A stretch of DNA of 64,000 bases from positions 613 through 64,612 of the forward strand of contig JBDLIQ010000007.1 of assembly GCA_039714775.1 (NCBI GenBank), written 5' to 3'. This DNA comes from Bacteroidota bacterium. GTDB taxonomy: Bacteria > Bacteroidota > Bacteroidia > Bacteroidales > GCA-2748055. The notes under the pieces were generated by a model. It searched no databases. It was given only the letters and a program-made list of their open reading frames with translations, and was not told the origin of the DNA. Below are positions 19,917 to 32,999 of the stretch, in pieces. The first letter of the stretch is position 1. Each line of letters opens with the position of its first letter. Position numbers and translations under genes: made by a program.

Positions 19917-21104
19917 ATGGCTAAGGAAAAATTTGATAGGTCCAAACCGCACGTCAATATTGGTACCATTGGTCACGTTGACCACGGTAAAACCACTTTG
20001 ACCGCTGCTATTACACAGGTCCTTGCAAAAAAGGGTCTCTCTGAAATCAGGGATTTTGACTCTATTGACAATGCTCCGGAAGAGAAAGAGCGTGGTATAA
20101 CCATTAACACTGCTCACGTTGAGTACTCTACAGCGAGCCGCCACTATGCGCACGTTGACTGTCCCGGGCACGCTGACTACGTAAAAAACATGGTAACTGG
20201 TGCTGCCCAGATGGACGGTGCGATTATCGTGGTTGCAGGAACTGACGGTCCTATGCCCCAGACCAGGGAGCACATCCTCCTGGCCCGCCAGGTAAATGTT
20301 CCCAAGATCGTTGTTTTCCTGAACAAGGTGGACATGGTTGATGACGATGAGCTGCTGGAGCTGGTTGAGATGGAAGTTCGTGAATTGCTCGACTTCTATG
20401 AATTTGATGGTGACAATGTTCCCGTTATTCACGGTTCTGCTCTTGGAGCGCTGAATGGTGAAGATAAGTGGGAAGAGAAGGTGATGGAGCTGATGGATGC
20501 TGTGGATGAGTATATCCCCATTCCTCCCCGTGAAGTAGAGAAGGACTTCCTGATGCCTGTTGAGGATGTATTCTCAATTACAGGTCGTGGTACCGTAGCA
20601 ACCGGAAGGATTGAAACCGGTGTTGTGAATACCGGAGATGAGATGAACCTTATCGGATTGGGTGCTGAAGGTAGAAAGACTGTAGTAACCGGAGTTGAGA
20701 TGTTCCGTAAGATCCTTGACAGGGGTGAAGCCGGAGACAACGTTGGTCTGTTGCTTCGTGGTATTGATAAGAAGGAGATCAAGAGGGGTATGGTTATTGC
20801 CAAGCCCGGATCGATTACTCCACATACCCAGTTCACAGCCCAGGTTTACGTGTTGAAGAAAGAGGAAGGTGGACGCCATACTCCCTTCCACAACAACTAC
20901 CGTCCGCAGTTTTACCTGAGGACCCTTGACGTAACCGGTGAGATCCAGCTTCCTGAAGGAACTGAGATGGTAATGCCCGGTGATGACGTGGAGATCAAGG
21001 TGAACCTGATCTACCCTGTTGCTGTAAACGTAGGTCTTCGCTTCGCGATTCGTGAAGGTGGACGTACCGTTGGAGCAGGCCAGGTGATTAAACTTGTAGA
21101 CTAG
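19917..21104 (+). CDS. tuf: Elongation factor Tu
   Basis: [34 protein letters not shown]. Confidence 0.99.
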   Translation: MAKEKFDRSKPHVNIGTIGHVDHGKTTLTAAITQVLAKKGLSEIRDFDSIDNAPEEKERGITINTAHVEYSTASRHYAHVDCPGHADYVKNMVTGAAQMDGAIIVVAGTDGPMPQTREHILLARQVNVPKIVVFLNKVDMVDDDELLELVEMEVRELLDFYEFDGDNVPVIHGSALGALNGEDKWEEKVMELMDAVDEYIPIPPREVEKDFLMPVEDVFSITGRGTVATGRIETGVVNTGDEMNLIGLGAEGRKTVVTGVEMFRKILDRGEAGDNVGLLLRGIDKKEIKRGMVIAKPGSITPHTQFTAQVYVLKKEEGGRHTPFHNNYRPQFYLRTLDVTGEIQLPEGTEMVMPGDDVEIKVNLIYPVAVNVGLRFAIREGGRTVGAGQVIKLVD

Positions 21105-21181
21105 TATAATCAACCATTATAAATAGGGGGCTCGGGTCGTTTCAGATGATCCCGGCTTCTCTATTTTGATGCATATGGTAC

Positions 21182-21254
21182 ACGGGTGTAGCTCAGTTGG
21201 TAGAGCACTGGTCTCCAAAACCAGGTGTCGGGCGTTCGAGTCGCTCCTCCCGTG
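21182..21254 (+). tRNA. tRNA-Trp(CCA)
   Basis: CTGGT-CTCCAAA-ACCAG anticodon arm; GTTCGAG; usual tuf-tRNA-Trp-secE position. Confidence 0.95.
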
Positions 21255-21270
21255 CTAATTTAAGTCCGAA

Positions 21271-21462
21271 ATGAAGCGAATAGTAAATTACCTGAAGGAG
21301 TCCTATAACGAGCTGGTACACAAAGTAACCTGGCCTACCTGGAAAGAGCTCCAGAACAGTGCCCTGGTGGTCATGATTGCATCTTTGATCTTTGCTTTGA
21401 TTGTCTTCGCAATGGATTTTTCATTCCAGAAGATCCTTGAAGGCATATATAAACTGGTATAA
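21271..21462 (+). CDS. secE: Preprotein translocase SecE
   Basis: ELVHKVTWPTWKEL plus a single TM. Confidence 0.96.
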   Translation: MKRIVNYLKESYNELVHKVTWPTWKELQNSALVVMIASLIFALIVFAMDFSFQKILEGIYKLV

Positions 21463-21465
21463 TCC

Positions 21466-22017
21466 ATGAGTAATCTGGAAAAAAAATGGTACGTTCTCCG
21501 GGCCATTGGTGGCAAGGAGAAGAAGGCCAAAGAGTATATTGAAAGTGAAATCAGCAGGTTAAACCTGCAGGATTTTATTGCTCAGGTACTGATTCCTACC
21601 GAGAAGGTCTACCAGATCAGAAACGGTAAGAAGATCAGTAAGGAGCGTAACTACTTTCCCGGTTATGTGCTGGTTGAAGCAGTACTAACCGGTGAAATCC
21701 CCCATATTCTCAGGAATATTCCGAACATTATTGGTTTCCTGGGTTCTGAAGTAGATCAGATGCCCACACCGCTCCGACCCTCGGAGGTGAACAGGATCCT
21801 GGGTAAAGTGGATGAACTTTCCGCCAGTGATGAAGAGATCACTGTACCTTTCTTCGTCGGAGAATCTGTGAAGGTGATCGATGGTCCCTTCAACAGTTTT
21901 ACCGGAATTATCGAAGAGGTAAATGATGACAAGAAGAAGCTCAAGGTGATGGTGAAGATTTTTGGTCGCAAGACCCCGCTGGAACTGAGCTTTATGCAGG
22001 TGGAAAAAGAAGGATAA
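21466..22017 (+). CDS. nusG: Transcription termination/antitermination factor NusG
   Basis: WYVLR, FPGYVLV, KOW motif [21 protein letters not shown]. Confidence 0.98.
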   Translation: MSNLEKKWYVLRAIGGKEKKAKEYIESEISRLNLQDFIAQVLIPTEKVYQIRNGKKISKERNYFPGYVLVEAVLTGEIPHILRNIPNIIGFLGSEVDQMPTPLRPSEVNRILGKVDELSASDEEITVPFFVGESVKVIDGPFNSFTGIIEEVNDDKKKLKVMVKIFGRKTPLELSFMQVEKEG

Positions 22018-22059
22018 TAGTTGGGTAGTTAGGTAGTTAAAAGTTGAAAAATTAAAGAA

Positions 22060-22125
22060 TTACAATTTCCAGACAATGATATGTCCCTTGAATGCTTCCT
22101 GTATGGTTGTCGTCGGATGTTGTAA
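22060..22125 (+). promoter_or_regulatory. Long hairpin in the rplK leader, candidate r-protein regulatory RNA
   Basis: TTACAA..TCC.GACAA pairs with TTGTC..GGA..TTGTAA; internal GCTTCC. Confidence 0.4.
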
Positions 22126-22154
22126 GCGGTAAGTATATAAACAATAAATTAAAA

Positions 22155-22598
22155 ATGGCAAAAGAAGTAGAAGGCTTAATCAAGTTGCAAATCAGGGGTG
22201 GAGCTGCTAATCCCTCCCCTCCCGTGGGACCCGCGCTGGGTGCCAAGGGCGTCAACATTATGGAGTTCTGCAAGCAGTTTAATGGCAGAACCCAGGAGCA
22301 GGCCGGGAAACTATTGCCAGTAATCATTACCGTCTATTCCGATAAGTCATTTGATTTTATCGTGAAGACACCCCCGGTAGCAGTTCAACTGCTGGAGAAG
22401 GCAAAGATCAAGAGTGGATCGGCCGAATCGAACCGGGTGAAGGTAGCCAACGTAACCTGGGATCAGGTGCGTGAGATTGCTGAAGCAAAGATGCCCGACC
22501 TGAACGCGTTTACCGTGGAGTCTGCTATGAAGATGGTTGCCGGTACCGCAAGGAGTATGGGAATTACTGTAACAGGTGCATTCCCGTCTAACAATTAA
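22155..22598 (+). CDS. rplK: 50S ribosomal protein L11
   Basis: [29 protein letters not shown]; start ATG 22155. Confidence 0.98.
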   Translation: MAKEVEGLIKLQIRGGAANPSPPVGPALGAKGVNIMEFCKQFNGRTQEQAGKLLPVIITVYSDKSFDFIVKTPPVAVQLLEKAKIKSGSAESNRVKVANVTWDQVREIAEAKMPDLNAFTVESAMKMVAGTARSMGITVTGAFPSNN

Positions 22599-22610
22599 TT
22601 CGTTTGAAAG

Positions 22611-23306
22611 ATGAGTAAACTTACTAAAAACAGGAAGTTAGCTTTAGAGAAGTTAGACAAGGACAAACTATATACCATTGGTGAGGCTGCTGGACTTGTG
22701 AAGGAGATGACAAGCACCAAATTCGATGCATCGGTAGATATCGATGTTCGCCTGGGTGTGGATCCGAGGAAAGCCAACCAGATGGTACGTGGTATCGTTA
22801 CCCTTCCTAACGGAACGGGTAAGGATGTCAAAGTTCTGGTTCTGTGTACTCCTGAGAAGGAAGATGAGGCAAAAGAGGCTGGTGCCGATTACGTTGGGCT
22901 TGATGACTATATCGGGAAGATCGAAAAGGGTTGGACCGATATGGATGTGATCATTACCATGCCCCCTGTAATGGCAAAAATCGGGAAACTCGGCCGTGTG
23001 CTGGGTCCCAGGGGCCTGATGCCAAATCCCAAGAGTGGTACTGTCACCATGGATATCGGTAAAGCCGTCAAGGAAGTAAAGATGGGTAAGATCGATTTCA
23101 AAGTAGACAAATATGGTATCATCCATACCTCTATTGGTAAAGTATCCTTTTCCGCAGAGAAGATTGCTGAGAACGCTCGTGAGTTTATCAATACGATCGT
23201 TAAGCTAAAACCCTCTGCAGCTAAAGGAACCTATATCAAGAGTATCTATCTCTCCAGTACAATGAGTCCGGGAGTCAAGATAGATTCTAAAGCTATTGAA
23301 GAATAA
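22611..23306 (+). CDS. rplA: 50S ribosomal protein L1
   Basis: [30 protein letters not shown]. Confidence 0.98.
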   Translation: MSKLTKNRKLALEKLDKDKLYTIGEAAGLVKEMTSTKFDASVDIDVRLGVDPRKANQMVRGIVTLPNGTGKDVKVLVLCTPEKEDEAKEAGADYVGLDDYIGKIEKGWTDMDVIITMPPVMAKIGKLGRVLGPRGLMPNPKSGTVTMDIGKAVKEVKMGKIDFKVDKYGIIHTSIGKVSFSAEKIAENAREFINTIVKLKPSAAKGTYIKSIYLSSTMSPGVKIDSKAIEE

Positions 23307-23330
23307 TAATCGCTAAAGTGTCTCAATACG

Positions 23331-23852
23331 ATGAGAAGAGAAGAAAAAAATGTAATTATTGAAAACCTGGCACAAAGGCTGAACGACACAAGGCATTTCT
23401 ATCTCACCGATATCTCCGAGCTGAATGCAGAGGAGACATCGAACCTGAGAAGGAGATGTTTTGAGAAGGAGATCAGCCTGCTGGTTGTCAAGAATACATT
23501 ACTCCGTGAAGCAATGGAGAAGTCCGAAGGCGATTTTAATGATCTCTACGATACATTGAAGAACTCTACCTCCATCATGTTCTGTGAGACAGGAAATATT
23601 CCTGCCAAACTGATCAAGGAGTTTAGAAAAACCATGGAGAGACCGGTCCTGAAGGCCGCCTTCGTGGAGGAATCAATCTATATCGGAGACGATCAGCTGG
23701 AAGCACTCTCCAATATTAAATCGAAAGATGAGCTGCTGGGAGACCTGCTTATGCTGCTTCAGTCACCGGCTACAAGCCTGGTGTCTGCACTTGCATCGAG
23801 TGGATCAAAAATGGCCGGCGCTTTGAAAACTTTATCAGAAAAAGAAAATTAA
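23331..23852 (+). CDS. rplJ: 50S ribosomal protein L10
   Basis: VVKNTLL, LKAAFVEE, KSKDELL; synteny. Confidence 0.97.
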   Translation: MRREEKNVIIENLAQRLNDTRHFYLTDISELNAEETSNLRRRCFEKEISLLVVKNTLLREAMEKSEGDFNDLYDTLKNSTSIMFCETGNIPAKLIKEFRKTMERPVLKAAFVEESIYIGDDQLEALSNIKSKDELLGDLLMLLQSPATSLVSALASSGSKMAGALKTLSEKEN

Positions 23853-23873
23853 ACACATTAAAATTTAATAAAA

Positions 23874-24254
23874 ATGGCTGACGTTAAAAAAATTGCGGAT
23901 CAGTTGGTCGGACTGACCGTCAAAGAAGTGAATGAATTACTCGATGTCCTGAAAGAGGAGCACGGTATAGAGCCTGCAGCTGCTGCAGTAGCTGTAGCTG
24001 GTCCTGCTGCAGGTGGTGGTGAAGGCGGTGGTGCTGAAGAGCAGACCGAATTTGCCGTGATTCTGAAAGCTCCCGGTGGAGCCAAGCTGCAGATTGTGAA
24101 GCTTGTGAAGGAACTTACCGGACTTGGCCTGAAAGAAGCCAAAGGTGTTGTTGATTCTGCACCTGCACCTATTAAAGAAGGTATCAGCAAGGATGAAGCT
24201 GAGTCTCTTAAAACCCAGTTGGAAGAAGCCGGAGCCGAAGTTGAGCTTAAATAG
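23874..24254 (+). CDS. rplL: 50S ribosomal protein L7/L12
   Basis: Ala/Gly hinge, [19 protein letters not shown]. Confidence 0.98.
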   Translation: MADVKKIADQLVGLTVKEVNELLDVLKEEHGIEPAAAAVAVAGPAAGGGEGGGAEEQTEFAVILKAPGGAKLQIVKLVKELTGLGLKEAKGVVDSAPAPIKEGISKDEAESLKTQLEEAGAEVELK

Positions 24255-24277
24255 AGGCAATCGCAACTCCACTTACA

Positions 24278-24329
24278 GGTTTAGATCCTTCCGTACGCCA
24301 CGGCGCACGGAAGAGGTCTAAGCCTTTTT
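24278..24329 (+). terminator. Hairpin plus T-run between rplL and rpoB (terminator/attenuator)
   Basis: GGTTTAGATC.CTTCCGT..ACGGAAG.GGTCTAAGCC followed by TTTTT. Confidence 0.65.
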
Positions 24330-24370
24330 GCACATATATATTATCACATTAATCTGCGGATTAAAAAGCG

Positions 24371-27300
24371 ATGTCAATGCCAAGCAAAAACCAAGATCGA
24401 ATAAGTTTCGCTTCCATTAAAAATCAGTTAGATTACCCTGATTTTCTGGAAGTTCAACTTAAGTCATTTCATGATTTCTTCCAAATGGAGACCACTCCTG
24501 AATTCAGGAAAGATGAGGGTCTCTACCAGGTATTTCATGATAATTTCCCAATAACCGACACAAGGAACAACTTTGTCCTGGAATTTCTGGATTACAACAT
24601 TGATCCACCCAGGTACTCCATCGATGAGTGTGTCGAGCGGGGACTCACTTACAGTGTTCCGCTGAAGGCCAAACTGAAACTTTATTGTACCGACCCAGAG
24701 CATGAGGATTTCGATACTGTAATTCAGGATGTATACCTGGGTACCGTTCCCTATATGACCGAACGGGGTGTTTTCATTATCAACGGAGCCGAGCGGGTCG
24801 TGGTATCCCAGCTTCATCGTTCACCCGGTGTATTTTTCGGACAGAGTGTCCATGCAAACGGAACCAAGCTCTATTCTGCCAGGATCATTCCTTTCAAGGG
24901 ATCGTGGATTGAGTTTGCTACCGACATTAACAACGTGATGTATGCTTACATCGACCGTAAAAAGAAATTACCTGTAACCACACTGCTCAGGGCCATTGGG
25001 TACGAGAGTGACAAGGATGTGCTGGAGATATTTGGTCTGGCCGACGAGGTGAAGGTATCGAAAACTGCTCTGAAAAAGCTGGTGGGACGCAAGCTTGCAG
25101 CCCGTGTGCTGAAGAGCTGGATCGAGGATTTCGTAGATGAAGACACCGGTGAGGTGGTCTCCATCGAGCGGAATGAAGTGATCATCGATCGTGAAACTGT
25201 CCTTGAGACAGAACACATTGATGAGATTATCGATTCGGGTGCCAAGACCATCCTCTTGCACAAGGATACAGCCAACATCACCGATTTTGCCATCATCTAC
25301 AACACCCTTCAGAAAGATCCGTGTAACTCGGAGAAAGAGGCGGTGATGCATATATACCGGCAATTAAGGAATGCAGAACCACCTGATGAGGCAACAGCGA
25401 GGGACGTGATCGACAAACTGTTCTTCTCTGACAAGCGGTATGACCTTGGTGAAGTGGGACGTTACAGGCTCAACAAGAAACTGGGTCTGGACACCGATTC
25501 CGAACATAAGGTACTTACCCGTGAAGACATTATACAGATCATCAAGTACCTTATCGAGCTGATCAACTCCAAAACTGATGTTGATGACATCGACCACCTG
25601 AGCAACAGGCGGGTACGTACAGTTGGAGAACAGCTGATGAACCAGTTCAGTGTGGGACTGGCCCGGATGGCCAGGACCATTCGTGAGCGAATGAATGTTC
25701 GTGACAACGAGGTGTTTACACCGACCGACCTGATCAATTCGAAGACCCTTTCTTCGGTGATCAACTCCTTCTTCGGGACCAACCAGTTGTCCCAGTTCAT
25801 GGACCAGACCAACCCGCTTGCCGAGATGACCCACAAGCGCCGTATGTCGGCACTCGGACCAGGAGGTCTTAGTCGTGAACGTGCCGGTTTTGAGGTGCGT
25901 GACGTTCATTATACACACTATGGAAGGCTCTGTCCCATCGAGACCCCTGAAGGTCCGAACATCGGACTGATCTCCTCGCTCTGTGTATTTGCCCGTATCA
26001 GCGACCTCGGGTTCATTGAGACTCCTTACAGGCAGACTGTAGCCGGAAAGGTGGAACTCGCCAACAAAGGGATTGTCTATCTGAGTGCAGAGGAGGAAGA
26101 GGATAAACTGATTGCACAGGCCAATGCACCGTTGAATGAGGACGGTACCTTTGTGAATCCAAAGGTGAAGGCCAGGTATGAGGCGGATTACCCGCTGGCA
26201 GAGAAAAATGACGTGGTGCTTATGGACGTGGCTCCCAACCAGATCGCTTCCATAGCAGCCTCGCTGATTCCCTTCCTGGAGCATGATGATGCCAACAGGG
26301 CGTTGATGGGTTCCAACATGATGCGCCAGGCCGTACCACTGGTCTACCCGGAAGCTCCGGTTGTGGGCACAGGAATCGAACTGAATGTGGTGCGTGACTC
26401 AAGGCTGCAGATCAGGGCCGAGGAGAGTGGTGTAATCGAGTTTGTGGATGCCAACGAGATCGTGGTTCGTTACGATCGCAGCGAAGAGGAAAAATTTGTC
26501 CGTTTTGAAGATGACGTGAAGCGCTACAAGCTTCCTAAGTTTAGAAAGACCAACCAGAATACCTGTGTAAACCTGACACCCATGGTGAGAAGGGGACAGA
26601 AGATGAAGAAGGGGGATATCCTTACACAGGGATATGGCACGCAGCATGGAGAACTGGCCCTGGGCCGGAACCTGATGGTGGCTTTTATGCCCTGGAAAGG
26701 GTACAATTTCGAGGATGCCATCGTTATCTCGGAAAGGCTGGTACGTGAAGATGTCTTCACTTCGATCCATGTGGATGAGTACGTCCAGGAGGTGCGTGAT
26801 ACCAAACGCGGACTTGAGGAGCTCACCTCCGATATTCCCAATGTAAGTGAGGAGGCAACCAAGAATTTGGATGAGAACGGGCTGATTCGCATTGGTGCAG
26901 AAGTAACACCAGGTGATATCCTGATCGGAAAGATCACCCCGAAAGGAGAATCAGATCCCTCACCGGAAGAGAAACTACTCAGGGCCATCTTCGGTGACAA
27001 AGCCGGTGATGTGAAGGATGCTTCACTCAAAGCCGGTCCGTCATTGTATGGCGTTGTGATCGATAAGAAGCTGTTTTCCAGAAATGTGAAGGAGCGAAAG
27101 TCAAGGCCTGCTACCAAGCAGATCCTTGAAAAAATCGATGATACCTATCACAAGGATATTGCCGATTTGAGGAGCCAGCTCATTGATAAACTGTTTGAAT
27201 TGGTGAACGGAAAGACCTCCCAGGGTGTGAAAGATTTCCTGAATGTGGATGTGATCCCCAAGGGAACCAAGTTTACCCAAAAGCAATTGATGGAGCTTGA

Positions 27301-28186
27301 CTTTCCCAATCTGAATCCGCTGAAGTGGACCACGGATAAACATAAGAATGACCTGATCCGTGACCTGCTTCATAACTACATCATTAGATTCAAGGAGACC
27401 GACGGTCTTTATAAGCGGAAGAAGCACAGTATCACCGCCGGTGATGAGCTTCCCACAGGGATCATCCAGATGGCCAAGGTTTACGTGGCCAAGAAACGGA
27501 AGATTACCGTGGGTGATAAGATGGCCGGACGCCATGGAAACAAAGGTATTGTGGCCAAGATCGTAAGATCGGAAGACATGCCCTTCCTGGAGGATGGAAC
27601 TCCCGTTGATATTGTTCTGAACCCACTGGGTGTACCTTCGAGGATGAACCTGGGTCAGATCTATGAAACAGTTCTGGGCTGGGCCGGTATCAAGCTGGAT
27701 ATGAAATTTGCCACTCCCATTTTTGACGGTGCCAAGATCGACCAGATCAACGAGCTGACTGATAAAGCGGGTGTGCCCAGGTATGGAAAGACCCACCTCT
27801 ACGACGGAGGAACCGGTGAAAGATTTGACCAGCCGGCTACCGTGGGTGTGATCTACATGCTGAAACTGGGACACATGGTTGAGGACAAGATGCACGCAAG
27901 GAGCATCGGACCTTACTCACTGATTACGCAGCAACCACTGGGCGGTAAGGCCCAATTCGGTGGTCAGCGATTTGGTGAGATGGAGGTTTGGGCACTGGAA
28001 GCATTCGGTGCAGCCAACATCCTGCAGGAGATCCTCACTGTGAAGTCCGACGATGTGGTCGGCAGGGCCAAGGCGTATGAAGCCATCGTGAAGGGCGAGC
28101 CCATGCCTACTCCCGGAATTCCCGAATCACTCAACGTGTTGCTGCATGAATTGCGCGGACTCGGACTGAGTGTGAACCTGGTTTAA
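24371..28186 (+). CDS. rpoB: RNA polymerase beta subunit
   Basis: [35 protein letters not shown]. Confidence 0.99.
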   Translation: MSMPSKNQDRISFASIKNQLDYPDFLEVQLKSFHDFFQMETTPEFRKDEGLYQVFHDNFPITDTRNNFVLEFLDYNIDPPRYSIDECVERGLTYSVPLKAKLKLYCTDPEHEDFDTVIQDVYLGTVPYMTERGVFIINGAERVVVSQLHRSPGVFFGQSVHANGTKLYSARIIPFKGSWIEFATDINNVMYAYIDRKKKLPVTTLLRAIGYESDKDVLEIFGLADEVKVSKTALKKLVGRKLAARVLKSWIEDFVDEDTGEVVSIERNEVIIDRETVLETEHIDEIIDSGAKTILLHKDTANITDFAIIYNTLQKDPCNSEKEAVMHIYRQLRNAEPPDEATARDVIDKLFFSDKRYDLGEVGRYRLNKKLGLDTDSEHKVLTREDIIQIIKYLIELINSKTDVDDIDHLSNRRVRTVGEQLMNQFSVGLARMARTIRERMNVRDNEVFTPTDLINSKTLSSVINSFFGTNQLSQFMDQTNPLAEMTHKRRMSALGPGGLSRERAGFEVRDVHYTHYGRLCPIETPEGPNIGLISSLCVFARISDLGFIETPYRQTVAGKVELANKGIVYLSAEEEEDKLIAQANAPLNEDGTFVNPKVKARYEADYPLAEKNDVVLMDVAPNQIASIAASLIPFLEHDDANRALMGSNMMRQAVPLVYPEAPVVGTGIELNVVRDSRLQIRAEESGVIEFVDANEIVVRYDRSEEEKFVRFEDDVKRYKLPKFRKTNQNTCVNLTPMVRRGQKMKKGDILTQGYGTQHGELALGRNLMVAFMPWKGYNFEDAIVISERLVREDVFTSIHVDEYVQEVRDTKRGLEELTSDIPNVSEEATKNLDENGLIRIGAEVTPGDILIGKITPKGESDPSPEEKLLRAIFGDKAGDVKDASLKAGPSLYGVVIDKKLFSRNVKERKSRPATKQILEKIDDTYHKDIADLRSQLIDKLFELVNGKTSQGVKDFLNVDVIPKGTKFTQKQLMELDFPNLNPLKWTTDKHKNDLIRDLLHNYIIRFKETDGLYKRKKHSITAGDELPTGIIQMAKVYVAKKRKITVGDKMAGRHGNKGIVAKIVRSEDMPFLEDGTPVDIVLNPLGVPSRMNLGQIYETVLGWAGIKLDMKFATPIFDGAKIDQINELTDKAGVPRYGKTHLYDGGTGERFDQPATVGVIYMLKLGHMVEDKMHARSIGPYSLITQQPLGGKAQFGGQRFGEMEVWALEAFGAANILQEILTVKSDDVVGRAKAYEAIVKGEPMPTPGIPESLNVLLHELRGLGLSVNLV

Positions 28187-28256
28187 ACAACCTGCTATAT
28201 GGTCCGCTGCGGCGGCCTGTCAGAATTAGTTATAGAAACGATTAATATAATAATAT

Positions 28257-31200
28257 ATGTCATTCAGGAAAGACACTCAAGTAAAGAGCAGTAGTTTTAC
28301 GAAAATTTCCATTGGCCTGGCTTCCCCGGAAGAGATTCTGGAACGCTCCAGTGGAGAGGTCCTGAAACCTGAAACAATCAATTACCGAACCTACAAACCC
28401 GAAAGGGATGGTCTTTTTTGCGAAAGGATCTTTGGTCCGGTAAAAGATTATGAATGCCATTGTGGAAAATACAAGCGAATTCGTTATAAGGGAATCGTTT
28501 GTGACCGTTGTGGTGTTGAAGTGACCGAAAAGAAGGTCCGCCGTGAAAGGATGGGACACATCTCTCTGGTGGTACCGGTAGCACATATCTGGTATTTCCG
28601 TTCACTTCCCAACAAAATCGGGTACCTGTTGGGATTGCCTACCAAGAAGCTCGATTCCATTATCTATTACGAACGGTATGTGGTGATCAATGCGGGTATC
28701 AAGCAGGCTGACGATGTGAATTACCTCGATTTCCTCACCGAAGATGAGTACCTGGATATCCTTGACAGTCTGCCCAAGGAGAACCAGATGCTGGAGGATG
28801 ACCACCCCGATAAGTTTATTGCCGGGATGGGTGCTGAAGGATTGCACCAGTTGCTCTCAAGGATCGACCTTGATGAGCTCTCCTATTCGCTCAGGCACAA
28901 GGCCAGTACTGAAACTTCCCAGCAGAGGAAGAACGAGGCCCTGAAACGCCTGCAGGTGGTGGAGGCTTTCCGTGCATCAAAGGGTATCAACCGTCCCGAG
29001 TGGATGATCGTTAAGGTAGTACCGGTGATTCCGCCCGAATTGAGGCCATTGGTACCACTGGATGGAGGCCGTTTTGCCACCTCCGACCTGAACGATCTCT
29101 ACCGCAGGGTGATCATCAGAAACAACCGCCTGAAGCGGCTCATCGAGATCAAGGCACCTGAGGTGATCCTCCGCAACGAAAAGCGGATGCTCCAGGAGGC
29201 TGTTGACTCACTGTTCGACAACTCCAGGAAGGCCAATGCGGTGAAGACCGATGCCAACCGTCCGTTGAAATCACTCTCTGACAGCCTGAAAGGCAAGCAG
29301 GGAAGGTTCCGTCAGAACCTGCTGGGTAAGCGGGTGGACTATTCGGCCCGTTCGGTGATCGTGGTGGGTCCGGAGCTGCAGCTGCACGAGTGCGGAATTC
29401 CAAAGGATATGGCTGCTGAGCTTTACAAACCTTTTATCATCAGGAAACTGATTGAGCGCGGTATTGTAAAGACCGTGAAATCGGCCAAGAAGATTGTGGA
29501 TCGCAAGGATCCTGTTGTCTGGGACATCCTGGAGAACGTGCTAAAGGGTCATCCGGTGTTGCTGAACCGTGCGCCAACCCTGCACAGGCTTGGTATCCAG
29601 GCCTTCCAGCCCAAGATGATTGAAGGCAAGGCCATTCAGCTTCACCCGCTGGTATGTACAGCATTCAACGCTGACTTTGACGGTGACCAGATGGCAGTGC
29701 ACCTTCCCCTTGGAAATGCAGCTGTTCTGGAAGCACAGATCCTGATGCTTGCTTCGCACAACATCCTGAACCCTGCCAACGGAGCTCCTATTGCTGTTCC
29801 TTCCCAGGACATGGTGCTTGGACTTTATTATATTACCAAGGCCAAACGTGGTGTAAAGAAAGATCCGGTGAAGGGCGAAGGCATGACCTTCTACTCAGCC
29901 GAAGAGGTAACCATTGCTTACAATGAGAAGCGGGCCGACCTTCATGCCATTATCAAGGTTCGTATTCCGAAGAAGGGAAGCGAGAATGGAGAGACCGAAC
30001 TCATCGAGACCACAGTGGGCCGTGTGCTGTTCAACGAATTTGTTCCCGAGGAGATCGGTTATATCAACGAAGTGCTTACCAAAAAGTCACTGCGGGATAT
30101 TATTGGACACGTTCTGAAAATTACAGGAACAGCAACAACCGCCAAGTTCCTGGACGATATCAAGAGTCTTGGTTACGGGATGGCTTTTAAAGGAGGACTC
30201 TCCTTTAACCTGGATGATGTGATTATCCCTACAGAGAAGGAGACCTTTGTTGTGGATGGTTATAAGCAGGTTGACGATGTGGTTGGAAGTTATAACATGG
30301 GTGTGATCACCAACAATGAGCGTTACAACCAGATCATTGACATCTGGACACACACCAATGCCCGTCTGACACAGACGCTGATGAAGCAGCTGAGCTCAGA
30401 CAAGCAGGGTTTCAATCCTGTTTATATGATGCTTGACTCAGGTGCAAGGGGCTCCAAGGAGCAGATCCGCCAGCTCTCAGGTATGAGGGGACTGATGGCC
30501 AAGCCGCAGAAATCAGGCTCCACAGGTTCTGAGATTATCGAGAACCCGATCCTCTCCAATTTCAAGGAGGGACTTTCCGTACTTGAGTACTTTATCTCCA
30601 CCCACGGTGCCCGTAAGGGTCTTGCCGATACCGCCCTGAAGACAGCGGATGCGGGTTACCTGACGCGACGCCTTGTGGACGTTTCACAGGATGTGATCAT
30701 CCAGGAGCCCGATTGCGGAACCCTGCGCGGACTGGTGGCTTCTGCCATTAAGAAGAACGAGGAGGTTGTGGAGACCCTTTACGAAAGGATACTGGGACGA
30801 ACCACTGTTCATGATGTATATCATCCACTGACAGGTGACCTGATCATCGGATCCGGAGAGGAGATTACAGAGGACATCGCAGCAAAGATCGAAGAGTCTC
30901 CCGTCGAGCAGGTGGAGATCCGTTCGGTACTGACCTGTGAGTCGAAAAAGGGTGTATGTGCAAAGTGTTACGGACGTAACCTTGCCACCGGGAAGATGGT
31001 GCAGATGGGTGAAGCAACCGGTGTAATTGCAGCCCAGAGTATCGGTGAACCGGGAACACAGCTTACACTGCGGACCTTCCACGTGGGTGGTACCGCTTCC
31101 AATATCACATCGGAGTCCAACGTGGTCTCCAAATATGACGGTGTGGCAGAGATTGAGGAGCTGCGTACAGTAGCCTCCACCGATCCGGAAACGGGCAAAA

Positions 31201-32579
31201 AGCTGGATATCGTGATCGGACGACTGGCCGAACTGAGGGTGGTGGATAAGAACACCGGAATTGCGCTGACCACACATACCATTCCTTACGGTTCCAAACT
31301 CTATATTAAGAATGGAGCCAAGGTGAAAAAGGGAGACCTGGTTTGTGAGTGGGATCCATACAATGCGCTGATCATTAGCGAGGTGGCTGGTAAGATCAGC
31401 TTCGATAACGTGATCGAAGGGATTACTTTCCGTGATGAGTCTGATGAACAGACCGGATTTAAGGAGAAGGTTATTATTGAAACCAGGGACAGGACCAAGA
31501 ACCCGCTTGTTAAGGTGCTTGATGCCAAAGGTGAACTGGTGCGGAACTACAACCTGCCTGTGGGTTCCCACATTGCTGTGAGTGAAGGTGATAAGGTGAA
31601 AGCAGGAGAGATCCTGGTGAAGATCCCCAGGGCCGTTGGTAAATCAGGTGACATCACCGGTGGTCTTCCGAGGGTTACTGAGCTTTTCGAAGCCCGTAAC
31701 CCCTCCAACCCTGCTGTTGTTTCCGAGATCGACGGAGAGGTTGAGTTTGGAAAGATCAAGCGGGGCAACCGTGAGGTGATCATCACATCGAAAGCGGGTG
31801 AGGTGAAGAAATACCTGGTTCCGCTCTCCAAGCAGATACTGGTCCAGGAGAACGACTATGTAAGGGCTGGAATACCACTCTCTGACGGAGCCATTACCCC
31901 GGCCGATATTCTGGCCATCAAAGGGCCCACCAAAGTTCAGGAGTACATCGTGAACGAGGTTCAGGAGGTATACAGGATGCAGGGTGTGAAGATCAACGAC
32001 AAGCACTTTGAGATCATCGTAAGACAGATGATGCGCAAGGTGGAGATTGTAGATCCGGGCGATACCAAATTCCTTGAGAAGCAGGTGGTTGATAAGTGGG
32101 GATTCATGAATGAGAACGACTGGATCTACGGAAAAAAGGTGGTGGTTGAACCTGGTGATGCACAGGATTATAAAGCTGGACAGATCATTACTGCCCGTAA
32201 GCTGAGGGACGACAACTCAGTTCTGAGGCGTAAAGATCAGAAGTTGATCGAAGCCAGGGACGCAGTTCCGGCAACCTCATCACAGGTACTGCAGGGGATC
32301 ACCAAAGCAGCATTGCAGACCAATAGTTTCATCTCTGCTGCATCGTTCCAGGAGACCACCAAGGTGCTCAACGAAGCTGCCATTTTCGGTAAGATTGACA
32401 AGCTTGACGGACTCAAAGAGAATGTGATCGTAGGTCACCAGATTCCTGCGGGAACCGGATCAAGGATCTACAACAACCTGGTGGTTGGTTCACGTGAGGA
32501 GTATGAAAAGCTCACCTCGGGACAGTCCCTGACAGAGGCGACCGAGGAGGAGGAAGTTGCTGAACCTGCAAAGGATTAA
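28257..32579 (+). CDS. rpoC: RNA polymerase beta' subunit
   Basis: NADFDGD catalytic motif, Zn-finger cysteines, [11 protein letters not shown]. Confidence 0.99.
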   Translation: MSFRKDTQVKSSSFTKISIGLASPEEILERSSGEVLKPETINYRTYKPERDGLFCERIFGPVKDYECHCGKYKRIRYKGIVCDRCGVEVTEKKVRRERMGHISLVVPVAHIWYFRSLPNKIGYLLGLPTKKLDSIIYYERYVVINAGIKQADDVNYLDFLTEDEYLDILDSLPKENQMLEDDHPDKFIAGMGAEGLHQLLSRIDLDELSYSLRHKASTETSQQRKNEALKRLQVVEAFRASKGINRPEWMIVKVVPVIPPELRPLVPLDGGRFATSDLNDLYRRVIIRNNRLKRLIEIKAPEVILRNEKRMLQEAVDSLFDNSRKANAVKTDANRPLKSLSDSLKGKQGRFRQNLLGKRVDYSARSVIVVGPELQLHECGIPKDMAAELYKPFIIRKLIERGIVKTVKSAKKIVDRKDPVVWDILENVLKGHPVLLNRAPTLHRLGIQAFQPKMIEGKAIQLHPLVCTAFNADFDGDQMAVHLPLGNAAVLEAQILMLASHNILNPANGAPIAVPSQDMVLGLYYITKAKRGVKKDPVKGEGMTFYSAEEVTIAYNEKRADLHAIIKVRIPKKGSENGETELIETTVGRVLFNEFVPEEIGYINEVLTKKSLRDIIGHVLKITGTATTAKFLDDIKSLGYGMAFKGGLSFNLDDVIIPTEKETFVVDGYKQVDDVVGSYNMGVITNNERYNQIIDIWTHTNARLTQTLMKQLSSDKQGFNPVYMMLDSGARGSKEQIRQLSGMRGLMAKPQKSGSTGSEIIENPILSNFKEGLSVLEYFISTHGARKGLADTALKTADAGYLTRRLVDVSQDVIIQEPDCGTLRGLVASAIKKNEEVVETLYERILGRTTVHDVYHPLTGDLIIGSGEEITEDIAAKIEESPVEQVEIRSVLTCESKKGVCAKCYGRNLATGKMVQMGEATGVIAAQSIGEPGTQLTLRTFHVGGTASNITSESNVVSKYDGVAEIEELRTVASTDPETGKKLDIVIGRLAELRVVDKNTGIALTTHTIPYGSKLYIKNGAKVKKGDLVCEWDPYNALIISEVAGKISFDNVIEGITFRDESDEQTGFKEKVIIETRDRTKNPLVKVLDAKGELVRNYNLPVGSHIAVSEGDKVKAGEILVKIPRAVGKSGDITGGLPRVTELFEARNPSNPAVVSEIDGEVEFGKIKRGNREVIITSKAGEVKKYLVPLSKQILVQENDYVRAGIPLSDGAITPADILAIKGPTKVQEYIVNEVQEVYRMQGVKINDKHFEIIVRQMMRKVEIVDPGDTKFLEKQVVDKWGFMNENDWIYGKKVVVEPGDAQDYKAGQIITARKLRDDNSVLRRKDQKLIEARDAVPATSSQVLQGITKAALQTNSFISAASFQETTKVLNEAAIFGKIDKLDGLKENVIVGHQIPAGTGSRIYNNLVVGSREEYEKLTSGQSLTEATEEEEVAEPAKD

Positions 32580-32590
32580 GACCACGCTAT

Positions 32591-32911
32591 ATGGACGAGA
32601 AAGCCAAGAAGAGCCAGATCAACATTGAGTTGAAGGAGGATGTTGCCCAGGGCACCTACTCCAACCTGGCCATTATTACCCACTCAACTTCGGAGTTTGT
32701 ACTCGATTTTGTAAGGGTAATGCCCGGAATTCCCAAGGCGGAGGTGAAATCAAGGGTGATACTCACCCCTGAGCACGCCAAGCGTCTTCTGAACGCACTG
32801 AACGATAACATCGAGAAGTACGAGAAGATGCACGGGCCGGTGAAGAACATCGAACCAGCCGGCGGACCGCCGATACCGATGAACTTCGGGGGACCAACAG
32901 GACAGGCGTAG
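32591..32911 (+). CDS. DUF3467 family protein
   Basis: GTYSNLAIITHSTSEFVLDF..SRVILTPEHAKRL; usual position after rpoC in Bacteroidota. Confidence 0.88.
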   Translation: MDEKAKKSQINIELKEDVAQGTYSNLAIITHSTSEFVLDFVRVMPGIPKAEVKSRVILTPEHAKRLLNALNDNIEKYEKMHGPVKNIEPAGGPPIPMNFGGPTGQA

Positions 32912-32959
32912 ATAGTGTTCTGTGCCCAGCTCTTAGAAATTTCTTAGCTAGAAATAGAG

Positions 32960-32999
32960 AAACCATCCGTTCTGCTGTTGCAGACGGGTGGTTTTTTTT
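32960..32999. terminator. Bidirectional rho-independent terminator
   Basis: AACCATCCGTTCTGC-TGTT-GCAGACGGGTGGTT followed by T-run, between convergent genes. Confidence 0.85.

Noticed and set aside
21182-21254. T-T mismatch in the tRNA-Trp acceptor stem suggesting a pseudo-tRNA
   Set aside because: All other arms and the genomic position are canonical, and single mismatches are tolerated.
24464-32006. Long antisense and alternate-frame ORFs over rpoB/rpoC (similar ones at 3458-4462, 46338-47339 and 61650-62741)
   Set aside because: These are shadow ORFs of well-supported genes, produced by codon bias, and show no recognisable motifs.
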